NCBI GenBank assembly: GCA_964481855.1
Contig: CAYZUH010000016.1
Coordinates: 2,917 to 66,916, forward strand
DNA length: 64,000 nt
DNA from: an uncultured Marinilabiliaceae bacterium
GTDB lineage: Bacteria > Bacteroidota > Bacteroidia > Bacteroidales > Marinilabiliaceae
Reading direction: 5' to 3'
The notes beneath the pieces are model-generated. The model did no database searches. It saw only the letters and a program-made list of their open reading frames with translations, and was not told the DNA's origin. Below, piece after piece: positions 46,339 to 55,799 of this stretch (position 1 is the stretch's first letter; the number at the start of each line of letters is the position of its first letter). The translations under genes and the position numbers were made by a program.

Positions 46339-48054
46339 TTAGTAGCCATTGTTCTGACTTATGTAGGGATTGGACTCTATCTCGGTTATGGGAATCGGGA
46401 GCCACTCGTTGACGCCCTCCTTGAAACCGAGATAGTACGTGGCGGAAATGACTTTCTTGAAGTTGGGGTCGGAAGCCTCCCTCTGGCGGAACGTCGGGGC
46501 GAGGTCTCCCCAACGCAAGAGGTCGTAGAATCGATGCCCCTCAAGAGCCAATTCGAGCATACGCTCCTTCTTGATGTCTTCCATCGTCGGATTTGGAATC
46601 TGAGCCATGTTCGCCCTGTCGCGAACCTGGTTGAAAGCCGCAGCCGCCGTCAAGCCTCCCCCCTGGGCGCCCCCATTCAGCACGGCCTCGGCGTACATCA
46701 GCAAGACGTCTGCATAGCGGATGTAGCGGAAGTTGACTCCATGGGCTCGCGGCTGGTTGTATATCATCTCGCGCACCCCGCCGCCAGTGCCGCCCCAGTT
46801 CGTCGGACTGTCGCCCCTCATGGGCAACGACAAGTCGAGATGTTTGAGGAACGCGGCCTTGTAGGGGTGCGTGAGCGGATTGACTGTCGTGCCGTCCACA
46901 GTGCAGTTGAAGCTCCCCGATGGGTAAATCTCGGTGAACTTATAGCCCCCCGGCCCTGTCGGCTCCGGCCGTCCCCCCAGCTTGATTTCTGAGTTCGTCG
47001 CGTTGAAGAAGATGGTGCTGAACATCCGCAAGTCCGTATTGCCATCTTTGTCGATTGAAGTTGCGAAAGCATCATACAGCCAATCGTGGACGACTCCCTC
47101 GTAGGCGGGACCCGCGCCGGGCAACATGAACCCACGGGAGTCGAGCGCCAGCCCAGAAGTGGCGGTGCCGGGGTTGAACCCATTGTTCTCGGCATCGCCA
47201 AGGAACTGAATCTCGAAGACCGACTCGTCGTTGTTCTCGTGCGCCACGTCGAAGTTGTGCGCATACTCCACAAGACGATACTGCCCATACGTCCCGTTGA
47301 TGACCTCGGCGAACTCCCTGGCCGCCTCCGTGTAGAATGTCGCCTGGTTTGCGCCATAGCGCGGCTCTATGCCGCTCCGCATCAGGTAGGCCTTACCGCG
47401 CAGGGCAGCCGCCGCGCCCGCCGTGACTCGCCCCCGCCTGTCTTCAGTCCAGTAGCCCTTTTTGGGCAGGTTCGCCTTGGCCTGCTCCAGGTCGGACAAG
47501 ATGATGTCCCAGACCTGGTCGGGAGCCGCGGAGGCTCGCACGTAGTCAGACCTGTTGCCCACACTCGTGATTGGCGCCACCTGCCGCCAGTTGGTCAACA
47601 AGAAGTAGTGCGCAAAGGCCCTCCAAAAGAAAGCCTCGCCACGGTATGCTCTCTTGAGCTCGGCATCGTCGAAATGCACGGCGTCTATGTTGTCGATGAT
47701 ATACGTAGCCTGCCCCGCGACGGAATAGAGCATCGTATAGGGCTGCTCAATGACGTAGTGGCTGCTGTTGAGGTCCGCGCCATACATCCCGGGCATGGCG
47801 TAGTCGGACCTCGACGCCGCCTCGTCGCTCCGGAAGACGACCCAGTGTGTGGCCATGGCCCCGAAGTTGCGCTGGGTCTGGATGTAGCCATAGCATGTCA
47901 TGAGCGCCTGGTTGACATCCTCCGGCGTGGAGAAGAAGCTGTTCATGCTTATTTGGTTGGGGCTGACCTCCAACTCGTCGAACGTATCGTCGCACCCCGC
48001 CGCCACAAAAGCGATCAGGACTGCCGCCGCCGACATCATATATGTCTTTTTCAT
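46339..48054 (-). CDS. RagB/SusD-family nutrient-binding outer-membrane lipoprotein (module 1)
   Basis: 571 aa with lipobox AAGC. The C-terminal region IKKERMLELALEGHRFYDLLRWG is typical of SusD, and it is adjacent to SusC. Confidence 0.9.
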   Translation of the reverse strand: MKKTYMMSAAAVLIAFVAAGCDDTFDELEVSPNQISMNSFFSTPEDVNQALMTCYGYIQTQRNFGAMATHWVVFRSDEAASRSDYAMPGMYGADLNSSHYVIEQPYTMLYSVAGQATYIIDNIDAVHFDDAELKRAYRGEAFFWRAFAHYFLLTNWRQVAPITSVGNRSDYVRASAAPDQVWDIILSDLEQAKANLPKKGYWTEDRRGRVTAGAAAALRGKAYLMRSGIEPRYGANQATFYTEAAREFAEVINGTYGQYRLVEYAHNFDVAHENNDESVFEIQFLGDAENNGFNPGTATSGLALDSRGFMLPGAGPAYEGVVHDWLYDAFATSIDKDGNTDLRMFSTIFFNATNSEIKLGGRPEPTGPGGYKFTEIYPSGSFNCTVDGTTVNPLTHPYKAAFLKHLDLSLPMRGDSPTNWGGTGGGVREMIYNQPRAHGVNFRYIRYADVLLMYAEAVLNGGAQGGGLTAAAAFNQVRDRANMAQIPNPTMEDIKKERMLELALEGHRFYDLLRWGDLAPTFRQREASDPNFKKVISATYYLGFKEGVNEWLPIPITEIESNPYISQNNGY

Positions 48055-48067
48055 CGTCTGAATGGTG

Positions 48068-51000
48068 TTAGAAAGAGAGGTTGAGACCGAAAGTGAACGT
48101 CCGCGTGTTGGGATAGGCGTTGCGGTCTATCCCGCGCTCCAGGAGCGTGCTGGAGCTGACCTCGGGGTCGAAGCCCGAATAGCCGGTGATTGTCAAGAGG
48201 TTCTGCGCAGAGGCGTAGAAGCGCAAACGGTCTATCCCGGCGCGGTCGGTCAACGACTTAGGCAGCGTATAGCCTATTTGCAACGTTTTGAGACGCAAAT
48301 AAGACCCATCCTCGACATAGAACTCGCTCGGCCAGGAGTTCCCGCCGGTCAGGTTGTCGGTCTTGGCAATAGGGATGCCGGAGTTGGTGTTTGTGGGCGT
48401 CCATGCGTTGAGGGCGTCCTTGACCATGTTGTTATTGTGGTTGAAATACCAATCGTATTTCTTGAGGTTGAAAATGTCGTTGCCCCCAACCCCATTGAAG
48501 AAGAGCGTCAAGTCGAAGTCGCGCCACCCGACATCGACGTTGATGCCGTACGTCACTTTGGGGATGGGGTTGCCAATGACCACCTTGTCGTCGGCCGTGC
48601 GCTCGCCGTCGTTGTTGGTGTCGCTAAAGATGAAGTCGCCATTGGCGTCGATGCCGTCAATCTTGTAGCCATAGAAAGAGCCTATGGCGTATCCCGGCAT
48701 TGCGATTGCCGGACGGTCGTTGAAAGAACTCGACATCATCTCCGAGGTCAGGTTCTGCACATTGGCCCCCAGAGCCAGAACCTTGTTGCTCAACGTTGTG
48801 GCATTGGCCGACACAGACAACTGGAACTCGTCCGTGAAGCTCTTCTTCCACGAAAGCATGAACTCCCACCCCTTGTTCTCGACCGACGCCGAGTTGATGT
48901 AGGGCGTCTCCCTTGTGCTGTTGATCTCGAAGACCTGTCCCGACGACGGATTGAGCTGAATCCGCGTCAGCAGGTCCTCGTTCTTTTTCTTGAAATAGGA
49001 GACGTGGAACGTCAGCTCGTTGCGCATGAAGCCCAAATCGAGCCCCACGTCGGTTGTCTTAGACGTCTCCCACTTCAGGTCTTGCGTCTTCATGTATACG
49101 GCTCGCGCGTCGACAAACCGTTTGCCACCCGTGGTGTAGGGCAACGGGCCGAAAGCGATATTGTCGAAATTGTATGGCGAAAGGAAATTGGCTCCCAGCT
49201 CACCATATGAGCCGGTAATCTTCAGCTGGCTTATGGGCCCGCCCTCCATGAATGCCTCCTCGTGGACATTCCACCCGACCGAAGCGGCGGGGAAGTAGCC
49301 CACGCGGTGCGCCTCGGCGAACTTCGACGACTCGTCGCGACGCAGAGACGCCGAGAGCAGGTAGCGATTGTCGAAATCGTAGTTGACGCGGCCGAAGAAG
49401 CTCAGAAGGGCGGCATTCTCCTCGCCGCTAGTCGTCTTGGTGTCCAGGTTGTTGACCGCCACAATGTTCGCGGCCCCAAGGTCGTCGATGGTCGTATACT
49501 CTTGCGACCTCGAATATTCGCGCATCCAGCTGTGGCCAATGGTGAGAGCCACGCCGTTGAGGCCAAAAGAACGCTCGAAGTTGAAAACATTGTCCCAAGT
49601 GATGTTGCCCGTCACCCCGCGGCTCTCCGAAAGACTGTTGCGCGTGTTGCCGTAGCTCGGATCGGGGGCGCCGTTGCCGAACCACCGGGTGTAGTAGATT
49701 GGCGTATGCGTATAGCCGTGGCTGCCGGAATAGTTGCCCCCAAAGGAGGTGGAGAACCGCAATCCCTCGACGATGTCAATCCCGACACTCGCCCCGCCAA
49801 TCATGTCGAACCAGTTGGTCCACTGGTCTGTATTGTAGATTGCGCCAAAAGGGTTCTGCCGACGCTCCTCGGCGGCCTCAATGTAGTATTGACTTCCCCA
49901 CGACGTGAAGCGCCCCTGGCTGTCGCGCACCGGCAGGGTCGGCATCCCGATGTTGAACGACGCCGTCGGGCGACGCTTGCGGTAGGAGAGCTGCATGTTC
50001 TCCGAGACCGACAGCCGGCCGAACTTCCACGACGAGTTGGCTCGCGCAGTGATTTTCTCAAAATCGCTCTTCACGATGACGCCCTTTTGCTTCATGTAAC
50101 TTGCCGAGAAAGAGTAGTTGCCGACATCGTTGCCGCTAGAGACCGACGCGTCGGCGTTGAAAATCGGGGCGCGCCGGGTGTACTCGTCGACCCAGTCCGT
50201 ATCGACACCAGGGTCTGACGGCGATACATTCTCGGCGGCGCGGGTCAGCCCGCTGTTGTCGCTCACCATGTTGGCGTAGCGGCGCCACTCTTCCGCGTTC
50301 ATGAAGTCGGGGACGTTTGCCAGCTTCTGGAGGCTGTATGAGAAGTTCACATTGACCTTCGGCTCTCCCTTTTGCCCGCTTTTGGTGGTGATGATGACAA
50401 CCCCGTTTGCGGCACGCGAGCCGTAGATCGCGGCCGCGGCCCCATCTTTGAGAACCTGGATTGACTCGATGTCCGACGGGTTGAGCGTCGTAAGCCCGTT
50501 GTTGCTGAACACCCCGTCGATGACGTAGAGCGGCGACGTCGCGGTGAGCGACGCGGCGCCTCGGACAAGAATCGTCACGTCGGCACCGGCAATGCCGCCT
50601 TGCTGAAGAATGTCGACACCCGCGGCGCGCCCCTGGAGGGCAGACGCCACATTGTGGGAAATCTGCTTCGCGACCTCGCCAGGGGCGACGACGGCGACAG
50701 AAGAAGACATCTTGCTACGGCTCATGGTTCCATATCCCACCACCACCACGTCGTTGAGCTCCTCGGCGTGGGAGACGAGGTAGATGCTTAGACTCTCTCT
50801 AGATTGCGCGGGGGGGGGGGGGTAAATTCTTGCGTGGCATAGCCAATAAAGGAGAATACGAGGGTCCGCCCCGGCTCTGCCAGCGTGAGGGAGAAGTTGC
50901 CGTCGGCGTCGGTAATCGTCCCGGTCTGCGTCCCCTTGACCAGGACCGAGACGCCGGGGATTGGCTGCCTGTCGGCCGAGTCGAAGACCCGTCCCGCCAC

Positions 51001-51084
51001 CACGCCCTGCGCCGCGGCGGCGAGCGGCGCGAGCAGCAGGGCCACCAGGAGGCAGAGCCTGAGAGCTGAAAACTTCTTGTTCAT
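48068..51084 (-). CDS. SusC/RagA-family TonB-dependent transporter (module 1), reading frame broken at a C13 tract
   Basis: The 5' ORF runs from ATG 51084: MNKKFSALRLCLLVALLLAPLAAAAQG plus a CarboxypepD_reg-like domain ...SFIGYATQEF. It stops 7 codons after the poly-C tract. The 893-aa ORF (48068-50749) continues in another frame with ...IYLVSHAEELNDVVVVGYG, a plug and a barrel. 14 or 11 C would give one 1005-aa protein. Confidence 0.85.
50810..50822. repeat. Homopolymer G13 (C13 on the coding strand) inside susC of module 1
   Basis: Counted directly: g at 50810, ten g at 50811-50820, two g at 50821-50822. It encodes the Pro run in ...QEFTPPPP. Confidence 0.95.
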
Positions 51085-51273
51085 ACGTTTTTCTTGTTTT
51101 GCGTTAAACATTCGGCGAATAGGGTGCGGCCGGGGGGGAGGGAGGTCTCTACATTGCGCCCCCCCCATCCCGGCCGAGGGGGAGGCGGCCACATTGCGTC
51201 AATGTTTTCTCCATCTACAGTCTTTAGCTAAACAGGCTGTGGTTGCGCGACGGTTTACTTAATTCGTCGAGTG

Positions 51274-51305
51274 CAAATATGCGCCATTAGGAAATTCAGA
51301 CCAAA
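51274..51305 (-). promoter_or_regulatory. Candidate Bacteroidetes promoter TTTG-N20-CATATTTG for susC (module 1)
   Basis: The minus strand reads aaaaTTTGgtctgaatttcctaatggcgCAtaTTTGcac. The spacing fits the -33 TTTG / -7 TAnnTTTG consensus, with C for T at box position 1. This implies a leader of about 180 nt. Confidence 0.45.
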
Positions 51306-51443
51306 TTTTGCGAGCAATATTTTATTATTAAGTTGAATTAATTATTCTTTTTGTCTTTTGCATGAATTTCGCCCCCCGGTTTTGGAGCTGAGGAGCCAAG
51401 GATAAGGCGCAGGGCGGCGGCGCACCCGGCGGGTGCGGAAAAC

Positions 51444-51478
51444 GCCCCAAGTTGCACCCGGCGGGTGCAACTTGGGGC
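51444..51478 (-). terminator. Strong hairpin (16-bp perfect stem, 3-nt loop), probable terminator of the upstream module
   Basis: gccccaagttgcaccc-ggc-gggtgcaacttggggc, followed on the minus strand by GTTTTCC. It lies 87 nt downstream of the stop at 51565. A second copy of the core palindrome gcacccggcgggtgc lies at 51422-51436. Confidence 0.55.
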
Positions 51479-51564
51479 TAAGACAAGATTGAGGAGGCCA
51501 GGAGACTCCGCCCATGCGCCATCCGCCCCGACAGGACTAGACAAGCACAGATAGTGCCCCAAAA

Positions 51565-54036
51565 CTATATGTCCCAAAAGTCACTATCTCCCTTTGGCAA
51601 AACATCCGCCACCTCGACATGGGATATTGTGCCGAGGAAGCGTTGAGAACACTTCTCGTCTCTCGCGCCGACTGAAATTTTGTCCATCCCTGGCACAAAC
51701 CCCGAGAAGCCGACATAGGCAAAAGCCCTCGCATTGGCCCTATCGGACGGAGTGACCTGCCCTTGCTGATGCTTCCACTGCCACAGGATGGCCTGTTGCT
51801 CGACCGCCTCGAAAGAAATCGACGGGCAGGACACCCGAAGCGTCACCACATCCTCCTCCGCCGCCTTGCCGTACTTCCTTGCCGACGTCTTCAAGGCCTC
51901 GACCGTCACCACCGTCTCCTTGCCAGCAAAGGTCCGCCCCTTGGGTGGAGATATTGCCACCCGGGCAAATTCCTGCCCATGCATCATGATGCGATATGAA
52001 AACGCGCCATCCGCCTCATAGCAGAGGCTAATGTTGTTGGCGTCGTCTCCATGGAACCTCAAAAGCGTCTGCACGCCTGTCGAAGCCTGGGGCGTGGAGG
52101 AAACAGCGACCGTCCCCCGAAGCGCGCTGGTCGGGACGAACAGATTCGGGCGGCGCAGCATGCCGGCGAAACTTATCGTCTTGCACGGATTCCGCGGTTC
52201 GGCGGGCGAGTAGGCCCAATAATGCCCGGATCTCGCGGCAGAGGCATTCTCGGTCTTTATGATTTTCCCCGTATGAGGCCCCCTCTCCACCATAAACCCA
52301 TAGAACGTGGCATTCTTCACTTTGGCAGACATCACGACGGGTATGTTCGTCATATCATCTTTCACAGATATGACCTTCGTGGGGTTCTTGTCCGAGAAAT
52401 CTTTCAAAAACTTGAAGAGGAGATTCTTATCGCACATGTCCACACCATCCACAACCGTCACAGACTCATATTGGTCGGAAGGTGTCGCAGTCCCTTCGGC
52501 ACTGCTTCCCATCGCGCCGGCCAAAGGCATTCCGAGGCCGTGCTCCTTTGTCGGGTCGTAGCTGTATAGAGACACGCTGACATAGCTGTCGAGCTGAGAG
52601 GTCTGCCGCCCCCTGGGGTCTTGCGTCACGTCGGCAAGAATCTGTGGCGCATAGCGCACATCGACACCGAGCGCCGCATAGAGCGAAAACGCGGCTAGAG
52701 TCTCGCCCTTCGCATCCGCCGAGTAGAACGTCTTCATGCCACCATTGGCCGCCAGCCCGGCCCACTTGCCATACTTTCCGACAGCCAACGATATGCCCGA
52801 ATTCCTATCTGAAACGTGGAGCTGGCGCGACGCGGCGTAGAAGTATAGCAAGTCGTAGGGATTGGCGGAATACCTCCCCGCCAGGATGGGCTTCGCCACG
52901 TTTATGCAACCGTGGTCGTCGCCATGCGGGTCCTCACCGTTGTCGATGAACGGAGTCCCGGGCTTGACGTAATACCAATCTGAAGCATTGTTGGAGAACG
53001 CCAACTCGGTCCGCTGCCTGTTGGCCACCGTCTCGTCGGCCCTGGTGCCAAATGCAGTCACCAGTCCCCACCAAACGTCGTCCTCAAACCCGTCTAGGCG
53101 AAAGGGTTGCATACTGTATGGCTCCCATTGGCGGGTAGACATATCGAGCGCCACGTCGATGTCGTAATTGCCGGACTCCAACCGCTCGCCAAGCTCTGTG
53201 ACCGTCTCGCGCCGGTATCGCATTCGGGGGTCGGGCGAGGGGAAAGGCAACCTTTCGCCCGGGAGCAAAGACGAGCGTTTCGCGTTGATGCGAGACACGA
53301 CATAGTATTTGCCGCCCTGCTTGAGGTAATTCATATGGGTGTCGGCATTTATGAAGCGGAACAGGTATTCATGCTGCGTCCGCACGCGGTCGGTTTTCAT
53401 ATCGGCAAAGCCGCTCAACACACCAAGGGGGGTAAAGTCCCGCCTCATCTCATAGCCCGCGATCAGATGGTTCTCCTTTTCGCGTTGGGGGAGGTATACC
53501 AACTTTATGGGCTTCTCGCCACCCGCATCAGTATCGTCAAAGATTCCGAGACTCTCGATGTCCACCGCGACAATGTTCGACGCCTGGCAACCTCCGCAAG
53601 GCGCGGGTGAAATCTTGTCGTCGGCACTCCGTCCGTGCGGATTGTACCAGTAAAGCCCGGCCTCCGGCCTTGTCCATTCTGCCAGACTGCTCGAATTGTT
53701 TGTATAGACGAATGCCCCAACCTTGGAGAAAGGGACGTCGGAATGGACAAGGAAACAGGACAAGTAGAGCGACAGATTGCCTTTGTTGTCCCTCAACACA
53801 TTGGGCATTCCATTCTCCAACTTGGCCTCCCAGGGATACGTCTTGGGATTGGGGCTGATTATGTTCCGCCCGCCATCGTACTTATCGGGCTGACGCACAT
53901 ACACATCGTCGGAGGCATATTGGAACAGGGCGGGATTAACGGCCGAAAATTTCTGCGGCTGTTGCGCCTCAGACATTCCCGGCGAGACAAGGTAGGCGCA
54001 AACCATCAAGACGCCCCTCCCTACACTAGCCCTCAT
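51565..54036 (-). CDS. Secreted hypothetical protein: beta-propeller-like N-terminal region plus C-terminal LamG/concanavalin-like domain, family unassigned
   Basis: 823 aa with a signal peptide. The central region ELAFSNNASDWYYVKPGTPFIDNG...LLYFYAASRQ resembles the propeller paralogs. The C-terminal LRFHGDDANNISLCY...ARAFAYVGFSGFVPGMDKISVGAR...RFLGTISHVEVAD is LamG-like. Its ATG overlaps the stop of gene D (ATGA). Confidence 0.6.
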   Translation of the reverse strand: MRASVGRGVLMVCAYLVSPGMSEAQQPQKFSAVNPALFQYASDDVYVRQPDKYDGGRNIISPNPKTYPWEAKLENGMPNVLRDNKGNLSLYLSCFLVHSDVPFSKVGAFVYTNNSSSLAEWTRPEAGLYWYNPHGRSADDKISPAPCGGCQASNIVAVDIESLGIFDDTDAGGEKPIKLVYLPQREKENHLIAGYEMRRDFTPLGVLSGFADMKTDRVRTQHEYLFRFINADTHMNYLKQGGKYYVVSRINAKRSSLLPGERLPFPSPDPRMRYRRETVTELGERLESGNYDIDVALDMSTRQWEPYSMQPFRLDGFEDDVWWGLVTAFGTRADETVANRQRTELAFSNNASDWYYVKPGTPFIDNGEDPHGDDHGCINVAKPILAGRYSANPYDLLYFYAASRQLHVSDRNSGISLAVGKYGKWAGLAANGGMKTFYSADAKGETLAAFSLYAALGVDVRYAPQILADVTQDPRGRQTSQLDSYVSVSLYSYDPTKEHGLGMPLAGAMGSSAEGTATPSDQYESVTVVDGVDMCDKNLLFKFLKDFSDKNPTKVISVKDDMTNIPVVMSAKVKNATFYGFMVERGPHTGKIIKTENASAARSGHYWAYSPAEPRNPCKTISFAGMLRRPNLFVPTSALRGTVAVSSTPQASTGVQTLLRFHGDDANNISLCYEADGAFSYRIMMHGQEFARVAISPPKGRTFAGKETVVTVEALKTSARKYGKAAEEDVVTLRVSCPSISFEAVEQQAILWQWKHQQGQVTPSDRANARAFAYVGFSGFVPGMDKISVGARDEKCSQRFLGTISHVEVADVLPKGDSDFWDI

Positions 54037-55739
54037 GCTCCCCCTGTTGGCACGTCCAACCCCGTCTCGCTAAGCCCAGGCCCGCCCCCGGCCGTGTAGC
54101 CTCGGCTCTCGCCTGAGGCCCACGGTGAGACCCAGAAAGAGTAGAGGTCGCCGTCTGTAAGGTAGAATCGGAAAGCGACACCCTCCCCGCGAAGAGACGA
54201 CAAGTCCTTACGTGTCTCCCATTCTATCCTCGCCTTGGTAGAATCGCCCATGAAGGGGCGGCAGTCGTCCTTGCCAAACCCGGGGATGGGCTCGCCGTCG
54301 GCGTCTAGGACCTCGACGAGCAGGCTCCCCCTCGCCTCCGCGTTCACAAACAGATGGTCGCCGTCGAACCGCACAACCTCGGTCTGCAAATACGCGCCCC
54401 CGCTCCCCTCAGACGCCCTCATCGAGACAAAACCGTCGCGGCGCAGCGTGGCAAGACCGGTAGCCGTCCCCGCATCCCACCACAGCCCGTCGGGATTCCG
54501 CCCCGTGGAGTATATGTACAGCGAATCGCCTACAATCAGAGGGACTCCGTTTATCGACTGCATATTCCCCATGTTCCAAGCCCCCGGCGTCTCGTCCACA
54601 CCCCAAAAAGGCTCATGGCTAGGACGCGAAAAGTGGAAACCGTCTCGGCTGTAGCCCAACATCAGCTCATTGCGTTTGGGAATCATGAGCCCCCTGGCAA
54701 TGTGGTTCTCCGGTCCCTGCCACTGGCTATAGAAGCCGAGAATTATGCTCTCGTAGGCAATGGCATCGAAGTTGTAGATCCCGGGGGCGACATCAGGGTA
54801 TTTTTCGTGCCGCTTCTCCTTGTCGTCGGGGGTGAACCAAAAGACGACGTGCTTGTCGGCTACACCCTCGCGCAGGCGGTGCGCAAGGCTCACGGCCTCT
54901 TCGGGGTCGTCGTGTTCCAGGTAGCTGCGCGACCGCCACGATACCTTGTCGTGATGCCTCATGCTCAGCACCCATTTGTCGGTGAACGGATTATAAAAAG
55001 CCGTCGAACGGTCGGCAATGGCGCCCGACTGCGCCACGGCGTCGGACCAATGCACTCCGTCCGCGCTGTATTTCAAGACATATTGCCACTGGATGTAGTC
55101 GGGCCTATACTCGACGTTGAAGAACTTGTATCGCTTTGCGGGGTCGGTCTCCCGCTTGTCAAGCCAGACGGTCGAGGCGTCGCGGTTGGCCGTGTCGCAG
55201 ACATTGGTTCCCGGCACGATGCCAAGGTCCGCCTTGACCCATCTCTTGCCGTCGTCCGATTCGGCATAGCACGTATAGAGGCTGTGCTTCTGCCTGCTGA
55301 CCTTGCCGGCCCCCGCCAAATACCACATCTTGAATTTGCCCTCGCGCTCGTCATACCAAATGCCGTCGGAGAACGGCCCGGCGTAGGGGAACCCCTCTGG
55401 CGTCAGCTCCCACTCCCTGTCGGCTTTTAGAATCGGATTCGCCGCATATTGCTTGGGCGAGTTGTAGACGCGTAGCATATTCGTCTCCTTGATGAGATAA
55501 TCGTCGACAAAGAGCTGCCGGCCAACGTTGATGGGGATGACCTGCGGCTTATCCTCCAAATAGGGGACAGGCATCTCCTGCGGCTTCTGCGGCTCGACGT
55601 AGCGCGGAGGCCACTGTCCTGGCAGGCGGATGCCGTTGTGCAGAACCCGCCCCGTCTCATCCGCCGCGTCTCCTTGCGCGCATCCGGCCATGAGGCATGA
55701 CAGGACGACAAGGGCGGCGGGAATTATACTTCTATTCAT
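54033..55739 (-). CDS. Lipoprotein, five-bladed beta-propeller glycoside-hydrolase-like (paralog D)
   Basis: ATG at 55739 gives MNRSIIPAALVVLSCLMAGC; the track start at 55784 is GTG. Contains NGIRLPGQWPP, VGRQLFVDDYLI, NPILKADREWE, PFSDGIWYDEREGKFKMWY, GYSRDGFHF, LRRDGFVSM and LYSFWVSPWASGESRGYTAGGGPGLSETG. Confidence 0.6.
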   Translation of the reverse strand: MNRSIIPAALVVLSCLMAGCAQGDAADETGRVLHNGIRLPGQWPPRYVEPQKPQEMPVPYLEDKPQVIPINVGRQLFVDDYLIKETNMLRVYNSPKQYAANPILKADREWELTPEGFPYAGPFSDGIWYDEREGKFKMWYLAGAGKVSRQKHSLYTCYAESDDGKRWVKADLGIVPGTNVCDTANRDASTVWLDKRETDPAKRYKFFNVEYRPDYIQWQYVLKYSADGVHWSDAVAQSGAIADRSTAFYNPFTDKWVLSMRHHDKVSWRSRSYLEHDDPEEAVSLAHRLREGVADKHVVFWFTPDDKEKRHEKYPDVAPGIYNFDAIAYESIILGFYSQWQGPENHIARGLMIPKRNELMLGYSRDGFHFSRPSHEPFWGVDETPGAWNMGNMQSINGVPLIVGDSLYIYSTGRNPDGLWWDAGTATGLATLRRDGFVSMRASEGSGGAYLQTEVVRFDGDHLFVNAEARGSLLVEVLDADGEPIPGFGKDDCRPFMGDSTKARIEWETRKDLSSLRGEGVAFRFYLTDGDLYSFWVSPWASGESRGYTAGGGPGLSETGLDVPTGGA

Positions 55740-55799
55740 AATCAACAAATTAGGGCGTTCGGACGTCAGCGGGGACGCTGACACCCGAAAGCCGTCTTC

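Larger units (their letters stand above)
50730..51481. repeat. Copy 1 of a 752-bp 100% identical direct repeat (partner 60164-60915)
   Basis: Compared base by base by eye. Three track ORFs in each copy have identical translations, and the offset is 9434 nt at both ends. It covers hairpin, promoter, leader, and SusC signal peptide plus first domain up to the VVVVGYG codons. Confidence 0.9.

Noticed and set aside
50788-51192. 134-aa ORF (and its identical twin at 60222-60626), treated as a separate small gene with the N-terminal extension MAASPSAGMGG...
   Set aside because: From the internal ATG (51084 / 60518) it is a standard SusC signal peptide plus CarboxypepD_reg-like domain. The downstream SusC body continues in another frame after the C13 tract. 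It is the 5' part of susC, not an independent gene.
51259-51340. Possible invertible promoter: 7-bp inverted repeat ttaattc/gaattaa bracketing the candidate susC promoter
   Set aside because: The repeat is only 7 bp and AT-rich, so a chance occurrence is likely. Known Bacteroidales invertons have longer repeats, and no recombinase gene is in the window.
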